Positions 1 through 16,131 are shown, counted from the first letter of the stretch. The stretch is 64,000 nucleotides of DNA from the human T2T-CHM13v2.0 reference genome, Homo sapiens (GCF_009914755.1 NC_060925.1); one strand, 5' to 3'. The notes: generated by a model not told the origin, from the sequence alone. A program made the numbers and translations.

Positions 1-191
1 CAGTAGATCCTTAAAACTTCTGGTAAGTTGTTTAATTTTTAATGTATAATTAAGTAAGTATTTCTAAGTAGTTGCATTTTATTTTTGTTTTTTATTTCTG
101 TGTTGGGAAGTCTAAGCCCTGATGAAACTGCCTGGTGGACCCTGACCACCACCCCTGCAGCACAAGCCCCGCGTTTAAAAATTATAGACCC

Positions 192-298
192 GTGCTCACT
201 TCAGCAGCACATACACTAAAATTGGAACCTTATAGAGAAGATTAGCATGACCCCTGTGCGAGGATGACACACAAATTCGTGAAGCATTCCATATTTTT
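192..298 (+). pseudogene. RNU6-125P: Full-length U6 snRNA retrocopy, 5' part of a U6/L1 chimera
   Basis: GTGCTCACTTCAGCAGCAC...GAAGCATTCCATATTTTT aligns without gaps to the 107-nt U6, with 11 mismatches by hand (5 are CpG transitions). The ACAGAGA box reads ATAGAGA. It is fused directly to L1 sequence. The numbered symbol is from recall of the locus and is unverified. Confidence 0.93.
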
Positions 299-749
299 CT
301 GAAATTGAGGCAGTAATTAATAGCCTACCAACCAAAAAAAGCCCAGGACCAGATGGATTCACAGCCAAATTCTACCACAGGTACAAAGAGGAGCTGGTAC
401 CATTCCTTCTGAAACTATTCCAAACAATAGAAAAAGAGGGGCTCCTCTCTAACTCACTTTATGAGGCCAGCATCATCCTGATACCAAAACCTGGCAGAGA
501 CACCACAAAAAAAGAAAATTTCAGGCCAATATCCCTGATGAACATCGATGCAAAAATCTTCAGTAAAACACTGGCAAACCAAATCCAGCAGCACATCAAA
601 AAGCTTATCCACCACGATCAAGTCGGCTTCATCCCTGGGATGCAAGGCTGGTTCAACACACACAAATCAATAAACGTAATCCATCACATAAACAGAACCA
701 ATGACAAAAACTACATGATTATCTCAATAGATGCAAAAAAGGCCTTCGA

Positions 750-1140
750 CAGGCGGAGGTGGCAGTGAGCGGAGATCACGCCACTGCACTCCAGCCTGGC
801 GACAGAGCAAGACTCTGTCTCAAAAAAAAAAAAAAAAAGGCCGGGTGAGGTGGCTCATGCCTGTAATCCCAGCACTTTAGGAGGCCGAGGTGGTTGGAGC
901 ACCAGGTCAGGATATCGAGACCAGCCTGGCCAACATGGTGAAACCCCATCTCTACTAAAAACACAAAAAAATTAGCTGGGTGTGGCGGTGTAGGCCTGTA
1001 GTCTCGGCTGCTCAGGAGGCAGGAGGCAGGAGAATCGCTTGAACCCTGGAGGCAGAGGTTGCAGTAAGCCGAGATCGCGCCACAGCACTCCAGTCTGGGC
1101 GACAAAGCGAGACTCCGTCTCAAAAAAAAAAAAAGAAAAG
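750..1140 (+). mobile_element. 5'-truncated Alu (750-838) with a full Alu (839-1140) in its tail, inserted in L1
   Basis: Alu sequence; TSD AAAAGGCCTTCGA at 737-749 and 1141-1153 brackets both. Confidence 0.9.
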
Positions 1141-1179
1141 AAAAGGCCTTCGATAAAATTCAACACTGCTTCATGCTAA

Positions 1180-1317
<138 letters not shown>

Positions 1318-1710
1318 TAAAATAGGAAGAAAGGAAGTCAAATTGTCTCTGTTTGGAGATGACATGATTATATATTTAGAAAACCCCATCATCTCAGCGC
1401 AAAATCTCCTTAAGCTGATAAGCAACTTCAGCAAAGTCTCAGGATACAAATCAATGTGCAAAAATCACAAGCATAATACACTGATAATAGAGAACTGAAT
1501 CATGAATTAACTCCCATTCACAGTTGCTACAAAGAGAATAAAATACCTAGGAATACAGCTTACAAGGGATGTGAAGGACCTCTTCAAGGAGAACTACAAA
1601 TCACTGCCCAAGGAAATAAGAGAGGACACAAACAAATGGAAAAACATTCCATGCTCATGGATAGGAAGAATCAATATCTTGAAAATGGCCATACTGCCCA
1701 AAGTAATTTA

Positions 1711-2088
<378 letters not shown>

Positions 2089-3590
2089 CTACTTTAAATT
2101 TCACATGGAACCAAAAGAGCCCGTATAGCCAAGACAACGCTAAGCAAAAAGAGCAAATTTGGAGGCATCACGCTACCTGATTTCAAACTATACTACAAGA
2201 CTGCAGCAACCAAAACACCATGGTACTGGTACCAAAACATGTATATAGACCAATGGAACAGAACAGAGGCCTCAGAAATAATGCCACACATCTACAACCA
2301 TCTCATCTTTTGAGAAACCTGACAAAAACAAGTAATGGGGAAAGAATTCCCTATTTAATAAATGGTGTTGGGAAAACTGGCTAGCCATATGCGGGGAACT
2401 GAAACTGAACCCCTTCCTTACACCTTATATAAAAGTTAACTCAAGATGGATTAAAGACTTGAACATAAGACTCAAAACCATAAAAACCCTAGAAGAAAAC
2501 CTAGGCAGTACCATTCAGGACACAGGCATGGGCAAAGACTTCATGACTAAAACACCAAAAGCAGTGGCAACCAAAGCCAAAATTAACAAATGGGATCTGA
2601 TTAAAGAGCTTCTGCACAGCAAAAGAAACTGTCGTCAGAGTGAACAGGCAACCTACAGAATGGGAGAAGATTTTTGCAATCTGTCCATCTGACAAAGGGC
2701 TAATATCCAGAATCTACAAGGAACTGAAACAAATTTACAAGAAAAAAAACAGCCCCATCAAAAAGTAGGTGAAGGATATGAACAGACACTTCTCAAGACA
2801 TTTATCCAAAAAACATATGAAAAAAAGCTCATCATCACTGGTCATTAGAGAAATGCAAATCAAAACTACAATGAGATACCATCTCACGCCAGTTAGAATG
2901 GCGATCATTAAAAAGTCAGGAAACAACAGATGCTGGAGAGGATATGGAGAAATAGGAATGTTTTTACACTGTTGGTGGGAGTGTAAATTAGTTCAGCCAT
3001 TGTGGAAGACAGTGTGGTGATTCCTCAAGGATCTAGAACTAGAAATATTATTTGACCCAGCCATCCCATTACTGGGTATATACCCAAAGGATTATAAATT
3101 CTGTAAAGACACATGCACACGTATGTTTATTGGAGCACTGTTCACAATAGCAAAGACTTGGAACCAACCCAAAGGCCCATCAATGATAGACTGCATAAAG
3201 AAAATGTGGCACATATACACCATGAAATACTATACAGCCATAAAAAATGATGAGTTCATGTCCTTTGCAGGACATGGATGAAGCTGGAAACCATCATTCT
3301 TAGCAAACAAACACAGAAACAGAAAACCAAACACTGAATGTTCTCATAAGTGGGAGTTGAACAATGAGAACACCTGGACACAGGGAGGGGAACATCACAC
3401 ACCGGGGGTCGGGGGCTAGGGGAGGGATAGCATTAGGAGAAATACCTAATGTAGATGACGGGTTGATGGGTGCAGCAAATCACCATGACACGTGAATACC
3501 TATGTAACAAACCTGTACATTCTGCACATGTATCCCAGAACTTAAAAGTATAATTTAAAAGTAAATAAATCAAACAAATCTTTTCAGAAA

Positions 3591-3592
<2 letters not shown>

Positions 3593-3630
<38 letters not shown>
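3593..3630. repeat. (TA)n microsatellite
   Basis: About 19 perfect TA units in the chimera tail. Confidence 0.95.
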
Positions 3631-3636
<6 letters not shown>

Positions 3637-3649
3637 AAAAAATAAAAAT

Positions 3650-3957
3650 GCGAGGCACCATGGCTCATGCCTGTAATCCCAGCACTTTGGGAGGCCGAGG
3701 CGGGCAGATCACCTGAGGTCGGAAGTTCGAGACCAGCCTGACCACATGGAGAAACCCCGTCTCCACTAAAAATACAAAATTAGCTGGGCGTGGTGGCACA
3801 TGCCTATAATCCCAGCTACTCAGGAGGCTGAGGCAAGAAAATCACTTGAACTGGGGAGGTGGGGGTTGCGGTGAGCTGAGATTGTGCAATTGCACTCCAG
3901 CTTGGGCAACAAGAGCAAAACTCCATCTCAAAAAAAAAATAAATAAAATAAATAAAT
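3650..3957 (+). mobile_element. Alu (AluSp-like) in the tail of the U6/L1 chimera
   Basis: Full dimer with TGACCACATGGAGAAACC; AAATAAAAAT on both sides. Confidence 0.88.
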
Positions 3958-4259
3958 AAAAATTATTGACCCATTTTTAATAAAAATAGGTAAATATAAA
4001 ACATAGCTATATTATCTACATGTGAATGTAAATATATTCTGAAAGTTTGGAATAACATTAAAGTGACAAGAATTGTTATCTGTATGAACGGCAGTGGAAT
4101 GAGGTGAGATGGAGATAGATGGATTAAATAGTGTACTTTGGAGAAGCATATTACGTTTTATAGAGAAAATATTCATGTTATTACTTTTATAATTAAAAAC
4201 TAATTATCCTAAGGGTCTGTTCATAGGCTATTCTACACTGAAGACATATGCATTTTTAA

Positions 4260-5250
4260 ATCTATTCATTTATTTCCTCCTTGTTCAATAAGCCTATCAT
4301 GTATATTAGGCATTATGCTAATGCATTTAGGATAAAAATTGAAAAAGTCAAACATGGTCCTGCGCCTCAAGAATTATTCTCTCTCAACCCAGGTTTTTTG
4401 AGATCCAAACCTGCATACCCAGCTTTTACATATCATCACCTGCCCCACAGACAAAGTCAACCTGTCAAATGCCAAACTTAGTTTTGTCACACAACCTTGG
4501 CTACCTCTATGTTTCTTTATCTGTTCATTCTAAGATGGAAACCTTGAAAGTTACCTTTAGTTCTTCCCACTTCCTTATCCTGTAATGGGATACCACCTTC
4601 TGTCATGCTAATTTTTAAGTTTTTGTGAATCTGTCTCTCTGTTGCCACTACAGTGGATGTTCTCATGATCTTTTCATCTATAATATGATAAAAGCCTTAT
4701 CTGTTCTTTTTTCCTCTGGATCTCTACCTACTTCTCCATCCTTCGCATTGCTACCAGAAAACTTTAACATAAATGCCATCATTCTCCTCTGATTAAAATG
4801 GTTTGATTCTCTGTCACTAAGAGAAAAAATTTCAGTATCCATAATATGACATTCAAGGTCCTTCGCCCAGGATATCTTTTCAGCCTAATCTCCTACTTCG
4901 TCCCCAGATACACCCATCCTTTACTTCAGCCACACCAAACTTACTTGTTATCAAACATGTTACGCCTTTTGCACCTCTATTTCTTTTTTCTCTCAGGTAA
5001 GTACTTTATTATTCCCCTACAAAACTTCTGCCTGTCACACTGTCCTTTGTCCTTATGTTATATTGTAATTCCTCCTGCAGAACCAGATCAAATGTCCCCT
5101 CTGAGGTTCTCAGTGACTCCACTAGGCAAAGTTAATGGCTTCCATTGTCAAGACTGTACTTTTCTCATTTTTAAATTTTACCCCTAATATCTAGCACAAT
5201 GTGATACATAGTAGGGACTAAATAAATATTTGTGAAATAAATTAATGATA
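4260..5250. mobile_element. Degenerate L2 fragments
   Basis: L2 3'-end-like motifs (CTAGCACAATGTGATACATAGTAGG...AATAAATATTTGTGAAATAAATTAATGA), plus an antisense-like end at about 4260-4375. Confidence 0.55.
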
Positions 5251-5336
5251 GGTCTGCTTTGAAGTATAAACATATAAGCTGGGATTCAAGAGCAATAAAA
5301 TTTATTAAACTCCTGTTGATTTAATTCTTCAAACAG

Positions 5337-5399
5337 ATTTTATGCTGCTTGTGTAGTTCTTGGGTTGCAGTATTTACATGAACACAAAATTGTTTATAG
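5337..5399 (+). CDS. PKN2: PKN2 coding exon (kinase domain, FYAACVVLGLQYLHEHKIVY); missed by the ORF track
   Basis: CAG|A acceptor, AG|GTAAGT donor, 63 nt; its terminal AG plus the first A of the next exon makes the R of YRDLKLDN. Confidence 0.96.
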
Positions 5400-5975
5400 G
5401 TAAGTTAATTTTTAATTTTTTCTAATGGCTTGCTTTGGTATGATTTAGAATTAAAGATAGTATTTTGTTTTTCTTAAACATTTTATGTTTAACCAGTTTC
5501 TTAGTTTTCTCCTTCACCTGTAAGTCAAACCCCAATGTTGAAAGACGTGGTTAGCACTATGATTATATGATGAACTTTTTGTTTCCTAATCCATAGCACA
5601 TTTTCTAATTAAAATAGTCAAATTATGAGTTGGTCTATGATAGTGCATTTCTCAACAATATTCATCCTAGTGAATATTTTGCATTCAAACGACTCGTTGC
5701 AGAAAACCTCTATAGACCAATACTACTAAAAACGTGTCCATGATGAGACAAGTAGCTTGTGTTAGAGTGTAAAACATCACACTGCTTCCCTCATTAAGAA
5801 GCCTTATTGTCAACTGAACTAAATAGTGTATTGGTGATGTAGCTGATCTCTGTAATTCGTGGCCCAGCAGCTAGTTTGTGAACCACACCTTGACTAACAC
5901 TCACTGCCCAGGACCAAGCAGATTATGAGAAGGCTAGTCAGAATTAGAAGACTATAAACATTGGATTATTTAAGC

Positions 5976-7436
<1,461 letters not shown>

Positions 7437-7669
7437 TTATCACAAATAACAAATTAAATACATTTTTCCTTTTTTATGTAACAGGAGAAGAATTTCTCAT
7501 GAGCTACCTTATATAGAGTAATAAACTTACCAAAAGGAAGAAAACTGAATGTTTGTGTTATAGTATTTAAATCTCAAATCATAACTTGGAAATCCCATTT
7601 TTAATAAAGAGAAAACACAGTTCCAATTGCAATTATTTTTTTAACTGTATAACCTACTGATTTCTTTGA

Positions 7670-7909
<240 letters not shown>

Positions 7910-8254
7910 TAGATACAATGAAAACATTGCTTATATAACCTAATTATCACATTAAGAATTTGTTCTCTGAATACAAATAAGGTTAGATGTATAGAAATCA
8001 TAGTAAGCTTCTCTGTGTGATTAATAATTTTGTCACTACTTTAAGGAAGTATTGATTAAGCACCAAAATCGTTTATTCTGGTGAGACTGTACACAGTGAA
8101 TTTCATAGGCCTGATAATTTCCTTCCAGCTTCTTAAAGTTGAAACATTTAAAAATAGAAAATAAATAGAGATAGGTATCTCATGTATGTTTTTTGTATAT
8201 TCAAAAGTAAATAAGTAAATTGGGGAAATTTGAATCAGAGGTAACATAAGAAAG

Positions 8255-10170
8255 GATAAAGATCATGGGCTTAGGCACTAAACAGTTCTAGGTTTGAATC
8301 GTGGCTTTGCCACTATTTGCTGTTTGTCTTTGGAAAACTTAGTTTTAACCTCTTTGAGTCTTATTTCCCCAATTATAAAAAAATGGACATAGTTCTTTCT
8401 GTTTACTAGTTACTAACATTCTCTATCTCCCTCTGCACTGGTGGCTTCTGTTTGCTATTTAGCTTTGTTTCCATAGTGCATAACACAGTGCATGGTACAT
8501 CTTAAGTATTCAGTAAGTGTTTGATTAATAAGTAGTTGGATGAATAAATGAATGAACTCTGTAGATATATGTCCATCACATACCCACTGACCTAATTGCT
8601 GAATCAAGTAAGTTTTTTCTTGACTGGGCTTCTTTTTATTGGACACTGTTCCTCTAAATGCTTTTGTTTCTCAGCATCTCTCCTTAGCCGGCTGCTCTTC
8701 ACTGCAATTTTTTGACTAGCAGCTATATCCTAATGACTCCCAAATCTATTATTTCCTTTCCTATGGATTCCAAAGATATATATTCAACTGTCTACTAGAC
8801 AGCTCTGCCTGAATAGTGAAGAGACACCTCAAACACTACCCAAACAAAAATCATTTATTTTCCGCCGGTAGTCTGGGTGTTGGTATCACAATCCCCTCAG
8901 CCTTCAATCTGAAAGTAAGGAATTATCTTGCGTTCTATCCTGTTCTCTACTTTCCGTATGTAGTTATTCACAAAATTCTACTGCCACTTAACCTCCTGAA
9001 TATTTCTGAAATCTATCATTTCCAGTCAGCTCCTTTCACCCATTATCTTGTTTTGACAAGACAGGTATAATAATCTCCTAATTGTTCCTATTTCTAGTCT
9101 TTTTCTATCCCAAATCAACCTGCCATGTAATTGCTGAATTGCTTAAGGAGTCCATATAAATACAGATCGGACCATGGCACATACCTGCTGAAAACTCTTC
9201 AGTGGCTAGGATAAGGTGACATACAGTGCCGTTACTGATCTGCCTGCCTTCCTCTCTGGCCACATCTCTTGCTGCTCTCTGTTTAGTACTTTTTGCTGCA
9301 GCAACAATGAACTGCTTATAGTCTGTGTCCCTCTAGCACTGTCACCCATCCCAACTCTATTTGCTGACTAACATCTGCTCATCCTTGTCATTCAACTCAA
9401 GTGTAACCTCTACAGGCAAGTTACCAGAGATTCCCTTTTACTACCCCAACTCCCAAGTCTGCTTTAGGAGCCCTTCTTCACTATTCTACCTTATCTTGCT
9501 CTTCCCTTGTTGTTATAAAATTATCAATAAATATCCATTTCCCTCCAGTCTCCTGTAAGCCCCTTAAAGACTGTGTCTTACTCTCGTTTTTATGTTCCCG
9601 CTACTTGACACAGGTGCCTAGAACATAAAAGGTGCAGAAAATATGTGTGTTGAATAACCAGACTTATTAATGCATTATCATAAAAACATGTTTAGTAGAT
9701 TATATAGCTAACAACTTTTGAGTGCTTACCGTGTGCCAAGAATTTTGCTTCATATGCATATCTCCTGTAATTTATAACAATCGTATGAAGGTAGATAGTT
9801 TTTTTGGAGGAAATATTTTATTTTTTATTTTATTTTTATTTATATAAATTTATAGGGTAGAAGTGCAATTTTGTTACATGCATAAATTGCATAGTGGTGA
9901 AATCAAGGCTTTTAGGATATTCGTCACCCAAATAACATACATTGTACCTATTAAGTAATTTCTCATCATCCACCCCCCTTCCACCTCCTCACCCTTCTGA
10001 GTCTTCCTTGTCTTATCATTCCACACTGGTAGATGGTATTATTAACTCTCATATACAGATGAAGAAACCTAGAATTTGATGTTAGACAACTTTCCCAACC
10101 TCCCACAGTTAACAAATGACAGAACTGGAACTTAAACCAGGTATTTATTAATCTAGAGCCTGATATTAAC
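8255..10170. mobile_element. Ancient MIR/L2 fragments with an antisense L1M 3' piece at about 9820-10030
   Basis: MIR core-like (GGTTTGAATCGTGGCTTTGCCACT..TTAACCTCTTTGAGTC), L2 tail (GAATAAATGAATGAA), L1MA-like 3' end. Confidence 0.55.
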
Positions 10171-10668
10171 CACTTCCATGGAGTTTTACCAGTCTACAAG
10201 AAACATAAGTTATATTTCTTCATTAATTAACTTTTTCCTAGTTTTCTCCAAGTTACTAAAAGGCTGGTGCAGAACTTACATAGATATTAATACTATATCA
10301 CTGTTTTTTTAAATAATATTTTATTGAAGAAAATAAAAATCATTATGATAGTGTTAAAGAAATTTTGCCAAAAAAAAATTTCTCCACTCCAGTGTGCTAA
10401 TGTATCTAATTGTGCCCTTCAGGTCTTGGTTCATAGACACACATTCATTTCTATTTTATAGTCACTATATATGCATACCTAATTATTCTTAATTTAGGAT
10501 TGAGAGCTTTTCTTTAAAATTCTTAAAAAGATGACACTTATGACAAGTTTTTAACACTTTGGAATACATAGAGATAATATCTTCAATATGTAGACTATAT
10601 ATTTGATTAACATATTAATAAATTATGAGGAACATATATTTAAAAACTAGTTAGCCAAAATGTTAATA

Positions 10669-10993
10669 CAGGCTGAGTATCCCTTATCCAAAATGCTTAG
10701 AATGAGAAATGTTTTGAATTTCAGATTTATTTGGATTTTGGAATATTTGCATATATAAATAATGACATATCTTGAGGCCAAGACCCAAGTCTAAACACAA
10801 AATTTATATATGTTTCATATATACCTTATACATAGCCTGAAGGTAAATTTATATAATATTTTTAATAATTTTGTGCATGAAACTAATCTTAAGTACTTGC
10901 GGAATTCTCTATGGCATCATGTTGGTGCCCAAAAAGTTTCAGATTTTGAAGCATTTTAGATTTTGGATTTTTGGATTAGGGATGTTCAACCTG
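10669..10993. mobile_element. Tigger4a/b (Zombi/MER46-type) non-autonomous DNA transposon
   Basis: TIRs CAGGCTGAGTATCCCTTATCC and GGATTAGGGATGTTCAACCTG, flanked by TA duplications. Confidence 0.85.
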
Positions 10994-11103
10994 TACTCTC
11001 CCTTCCCTCCCCTTCCCTTCCCTTCCCTCCCCTCTTCTCCCCTCCCCTCCCGTCCCCTCCTCTCTCTCTATATATATATAATATATATTGAGATATATAT
11101 ATG

Positions 11104-11482
<379 letters not shown>

Positions 11483-11738
11483 TGAAACTTATTTTTTTTA
11501 GAATGTTGATTTTATAATGAAGTAAATAAACTTATTTAAGATTGAATTGGAAAGATAATGGAACTTCACAATCAGTTCATTTTGTTATAATTTCTTAGCT
11601 CCCTTGTAATGACAAGAAGAAAAAGTAACTGAAAAGAAACATGGATATCTTATTTCTATTTACCCATTAATTAGACAGTATAGTTGCTATTGCAGTTTTT
11701 GCTATACCAGTCCTTACTGTTTTCTTGAAATGTCTTAG

Positions 11739-12026
<288 letters not shown>

Positions 12027-12384
12027 TAGGTAAGAGAACAGAGGAAGGATGATTGAAATAATAAAGCATGTCATTTATAAAACCACCTAATACTGTCTTC
12101 AGTATGAGTGGAATTTAAGTTTTATAAATATTTATAGTATACTAGTAGTCAGCTATCTTTCTGTAATACCTTCAATAAAGATTTTTATGTGGTTTGTGGA
12201 ATGCACTATCAGTGCTTTGAAAATAGTTCCTTGTATTTCAGTATTGTACTTTTATTATGTTTTCTGATTTTAAGACATAGTCATTTTATAGGGAATGGAA
12301 TAACAGAAAGACTAATAAAAGGAATGTACTCTGTACCTGTAAAGAAAAGCCCACTATAGATTGGTCAGAAATAAATGTTACCTT

Positions 12385-12830
12385 CGACTTCCTCCAGACT
12401 TCCGTCTGAGCAACACACTCTGCATCCTTGCTTCACCGGGAAACTACTGAAGTTCCTGGGGAAGCAAAGTAGAATTTCGTAAGAACAAAATGGATGGAGA
12501 GAGGAGAAAACCTATGGTAGCTGTGAAGGCCCTGATGCCATGTATGTCAAATTGATATCATCCGATGGCCATGAATTTATTGTAAAAACAGAACGTACAT
12601 TAACATCAGCACGATAAAAGCCATGTTGAGTGGCCCAGGTCAATTTGCTGAGAATGAAACCAATGAGGTCAATTTGAGAGAGATACCTTCACATGTGCTA
12701 TCAAAAGTATTCGCTACACCAACAGCTCCACCGAGATTCCTGAATTCCCAGTTGCACCTGAAGTTGCTATAGAACTGCTGATGGCTGTGAACTTCCTAGA
12801 TTGTTAAATAAAATATAATTTTAAAAAAAT
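12385..12830 (+). pseudogene. ELOCP19: Processed Elongin C (ELOC/TCEB1) pseudogene
   Basis: ATG 12490 to TAA 12807 encodes pieces [62 protein letters not shown]. Intronless, with a +2 insertion, a -1 deletion and an ~22-nt deletion (CMYFTYK lost). TSD GAAATAAATGTTACCTT (12368-12384) / GAAAGAAGTGTTACCTT (12831-12847). The numbered symbol is from recall and is unverified. Confidence 0.92.
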
Positions 12831-15800
12831 GAAAGAAGTGTTACCTTAAAAAATGGTAGAGTTGAAAAAATTCGCATTTTTTCCTACTGTTTTCTGTAGA
12901 TTAACTTAAATTTCTGAGGATAATTGAGTTGTACATAGAAATTATTACTATTAGGAAACAGTGAGTTATGTTAAGGCAATAATAGGAGACTAATAATTTA
13001 TTATGTTATAAATTGTTAGAAATGTTGAATTGGGGTGAAATTGGGAAAGAGTAAATCTTTTAATAAGTAATTGAAGATTACTTGAAGGGACTTGAACTGG
13101 AGATGCAAGAAAAATTATTTTAAGGGATTGGTTCATTATTCTGCAGTTTCCCCATGCCAGCAACCTCCCTTGTACACTTGTAAGTTTGAAGAAGTTAGTG
13201 CTGAATGAACAAATTATCAAATTGAATATCAGAAATTTCTAAAGTTTTGTTCTATGCTTGTCATTTATTGGCACTTACCCCAAACAAATGGTTTTAGTTT
13301 CGCCGGATGGATAACCCCTTTTGGTATGTCAATTTGAAGTGGATTCCTTGGAAAAGGAGGAGAAGTATGGCTAATTAAAATTTATCATGTGCTAAGCACT
13401 GTACTGTATGCCTTAAATATTAGTTCATTTAATTTTGCAACAGCCTTTAATAAGCTCAGTACTGATCTTATGCCCATTTTCGGAGGTGTAAATAGAGACA
13501 CAAAGAGATTAATGACTTGCTTAAAGTCAGACAGCTCTCATATGGTGGAGCTGGAATTTTAACCTTGTCACTCTGGCTCCAGAGCATATCTAAAGCATTA
13601 TGCTTTGCTGCTCCAGGACAGGATCTTCAATTCATCCAGCCTTGTTTCTGTTCTTAAGACTAGTGGTCCAGATCTGAATTTTTCACCTCTATTTAGAAAA
13701 GCTGTTGTGCAGTGTTTAGGTTGGAAAGATTTATTTTAGCTCCAGTCCACAGTGGCTTTTACTTTCTGAGAGTGCCAGAAGTTCTCATAAAATAGTTAAT
13801 CTGCTGTAAGCTCTGGCATACTTGAACTCCTCCCCACCCCCTTCCTTTATTTTAACAGTAACATTTTGGAGGGTTTTTTTGGTTTTGTTTCATGTAGTAT
13901 TCAAGTAAGTATGAGATTTATGAGATTCAATTATGTGCTTGCTTAAAATTTACTCTCCATATTAGAGATGACATGTGCAAAATATGAGTTTATTACAAAA
14001 TACTGTAGAATTAATCCAGTTGAATCTACTCCCTCCTATTATAAAGCCACTGGAGGGTTTGGCAGAAAACAAGGAAGCTCCTGTTTCATGTTTTTTAAAA
14101 GAGCTAATTGATTGAGCTCTTAATTACCTAGAAGATAAAAGACAGTGGATCTGGCTATTTCTTCACAGTTGTTTCTTGCAATTTCTCTTTAGTATCTCCA
14201 CAAGAGGGTAGCTGGGAAAAGAACTAAACTTAAAACTCATCAGTCTACTTCATAATTTTATAGCATTAGTGAAATGCTAGTGATAACTCCTTTTTAACTA
14301 TGATGAAAGTAAGGTGTGGCTAAAGTTTATGTCAGATTTCTCTATTATTACAAATAATTGTAAACTCACCGGATATATTATACATGTTCAGATTTGTATA
14401 CTTCTACTAGTTTTGATTACTGGAAAGACTCCAGGAATAAACAAACATCGCAAGTCCCCTTTTTCCTGTCTCAGATGGGAGTGAAGATACCAGAGAGATT
14501 GAACAGAATGCTGGACATGGTTTTAGATACTGTCAGTGTTGACATCTGAACAGACTATTGGTTTCCTTTAAATGTGCTGAAAACACATTTGTTAGCTTTC
14601 AGTTGTTAGCCCTGTTTGCTTACAATCTATTTGCAGAAAAAAGATACTACATATTTTAACAAATGTATAGATATTTCTTTGCTGTTCAGACTTGTAGAAT
14701 GAGTTTTCAAGTAAAAATTGTTCAAGCAGAAGACCAAAGTGCTGTCTTTGTATTATCCATTGAAATTCCCATTGAGAATCCTAGTAAAATAAAATTTTCT
14801 TCTGACTTACTGTTTCAGTCCCCAGAAGAAATTAGATTGTCCATGTAGTACATTTGATTTATGTATTTTGAGTGTACTACATTGTCCCACGTAGTATATT
14901 TTATTTATGTATTTTGAGTGAGTGAATGAACAAACTAAGGTTTTGGTAACTGTAAGCTTTGAAATTTTCTTAGCTGTGAGCAAGATTAGAAGCTCAGCCT
15001 TAAGAAGTTGGATTCTGAATTTATTTTCACAGATTCTTAAAGATTGCTCACTTTCCCTGGATATTGCTTTCTGCTTATTATTCTTTAAAACTTAATTGGA
15101 AGCAAGCAGCCAAATCAAATCTAACGAGGCTAAGTAAGCCTATATTTCTTCAATAGCCAGTGAGAAAATAAGGTTCAAGATACTAATTCATTTCAGTGAT
15201 TTTAAGGAATTAAATGATATTTAGACATTTGTTTCCTGATTTAAAAAATGACTGAGTGATTTTTAAGCCATCTGAAATTCTGAGGCAGGCAGTCACATTT
15301 GATAGACACGTTTTTAGCATAGTTGAAAGTTTCTCTCTTTGTGAATCAAATTGTCATACTGAATATAATGTAACTACTTTTTTATGTCTCAGGGTCATTA
15401 TGAAAAATGATTTTAATACTGAGCTTATGGAAATGCCCTAAAACTTTTTGTGTTTAGAACATTAAAAATGCCTGGCAATGTGTGCTTTTTGGGTTCCTTT
15501 CAGTCTAATTTTGTTGGCAGCTGCTTCTTAATACAGTCATTATGCTTGCTAATCCATGATTGTGTTTTACCACCATTAATTTACTGTTGACTTTAAAATC
15601 CAAAGCACATTTATATCTGATGTATTTCCGCAGATTGCCTTCCTTTATTATAACATTTATTACCATATTAACCTTATCCATTTTCTTCTGTTTTTCCACA
15701 AGATTGAGGTTCTTCAGGATTTATCTATTATCTAAATATTCCCTACTGTCTGTTAGACACTAAAAATTGACTGTCTGGCCAAATAGGTGATTGAGTGAAT

Positions 15801-15996
15801 GAAATAAAATGGAATGGAGTGGAATGAAATTAAATGAAAAGTCATATCATATATGAGATAGACAAGTTTTTTATAAGGGTCTATAAAATTTAAAGATTTC
15901 AGAAAGAGTATATGGTGTATTCCCTCTGTAATAGATACATATCTGTTGTCACTTCTTATAGTTCTTTTGTTGTTGTTTTGGTAGGCATGGGTTTAT

Positions 15997-16022
15997 TGTT
16001 GTTGTTGTTGTTGTTGTTGTTT
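15997..16022. repeat. (GTT)n microsatellite
   Basis: About 8 GTT units. Confidence 0.9.
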
Positions 16023-16131
16023 TGTCTGTTTTTTCTTTTTCACTGCCTGGATCTTGGTTGTACTTTGAATGGGTGATAAGATTTTACTGCCTTAAAACTT
16101 GCTTTAACTTACTCAAAGGTATTTCTTCTAG

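Noticed and set aside
1-30. Strong donor-like TG|GTAAGT at 23-29
   Set aside because: The upstream bases do not encode the expected preceding PKN2 residues and the acceptor side is outside the window; cannot support an exon.
118-146. TGATGA...CTGA resembling snoRNA C/D boxes or a hammerhead core
   Set aside because: The boxes are only about 25 nt apart, with no convincing terminal stem and no hammerhead helices.
192-298. Functional U6 gene
   Set aside because: ACAGAGA box mutated, CpG decay, no upstream PSE/TATA, and flanked by retrotransposition hallmarks.
4260-5250. Opposed L2 ends as a miR-28-like hairpin source
   Set aside because: The ends are about 900 bp apart, point away from each other and are too diverged to form a pre-miRNA.
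14455-14570. Acceptor-like TTTTCCTGTCTCAG at 14473 as a cryptic PKN2 exon
   Set aside because: No convincing donor nearby; such motifs are common in AT-rich introns.
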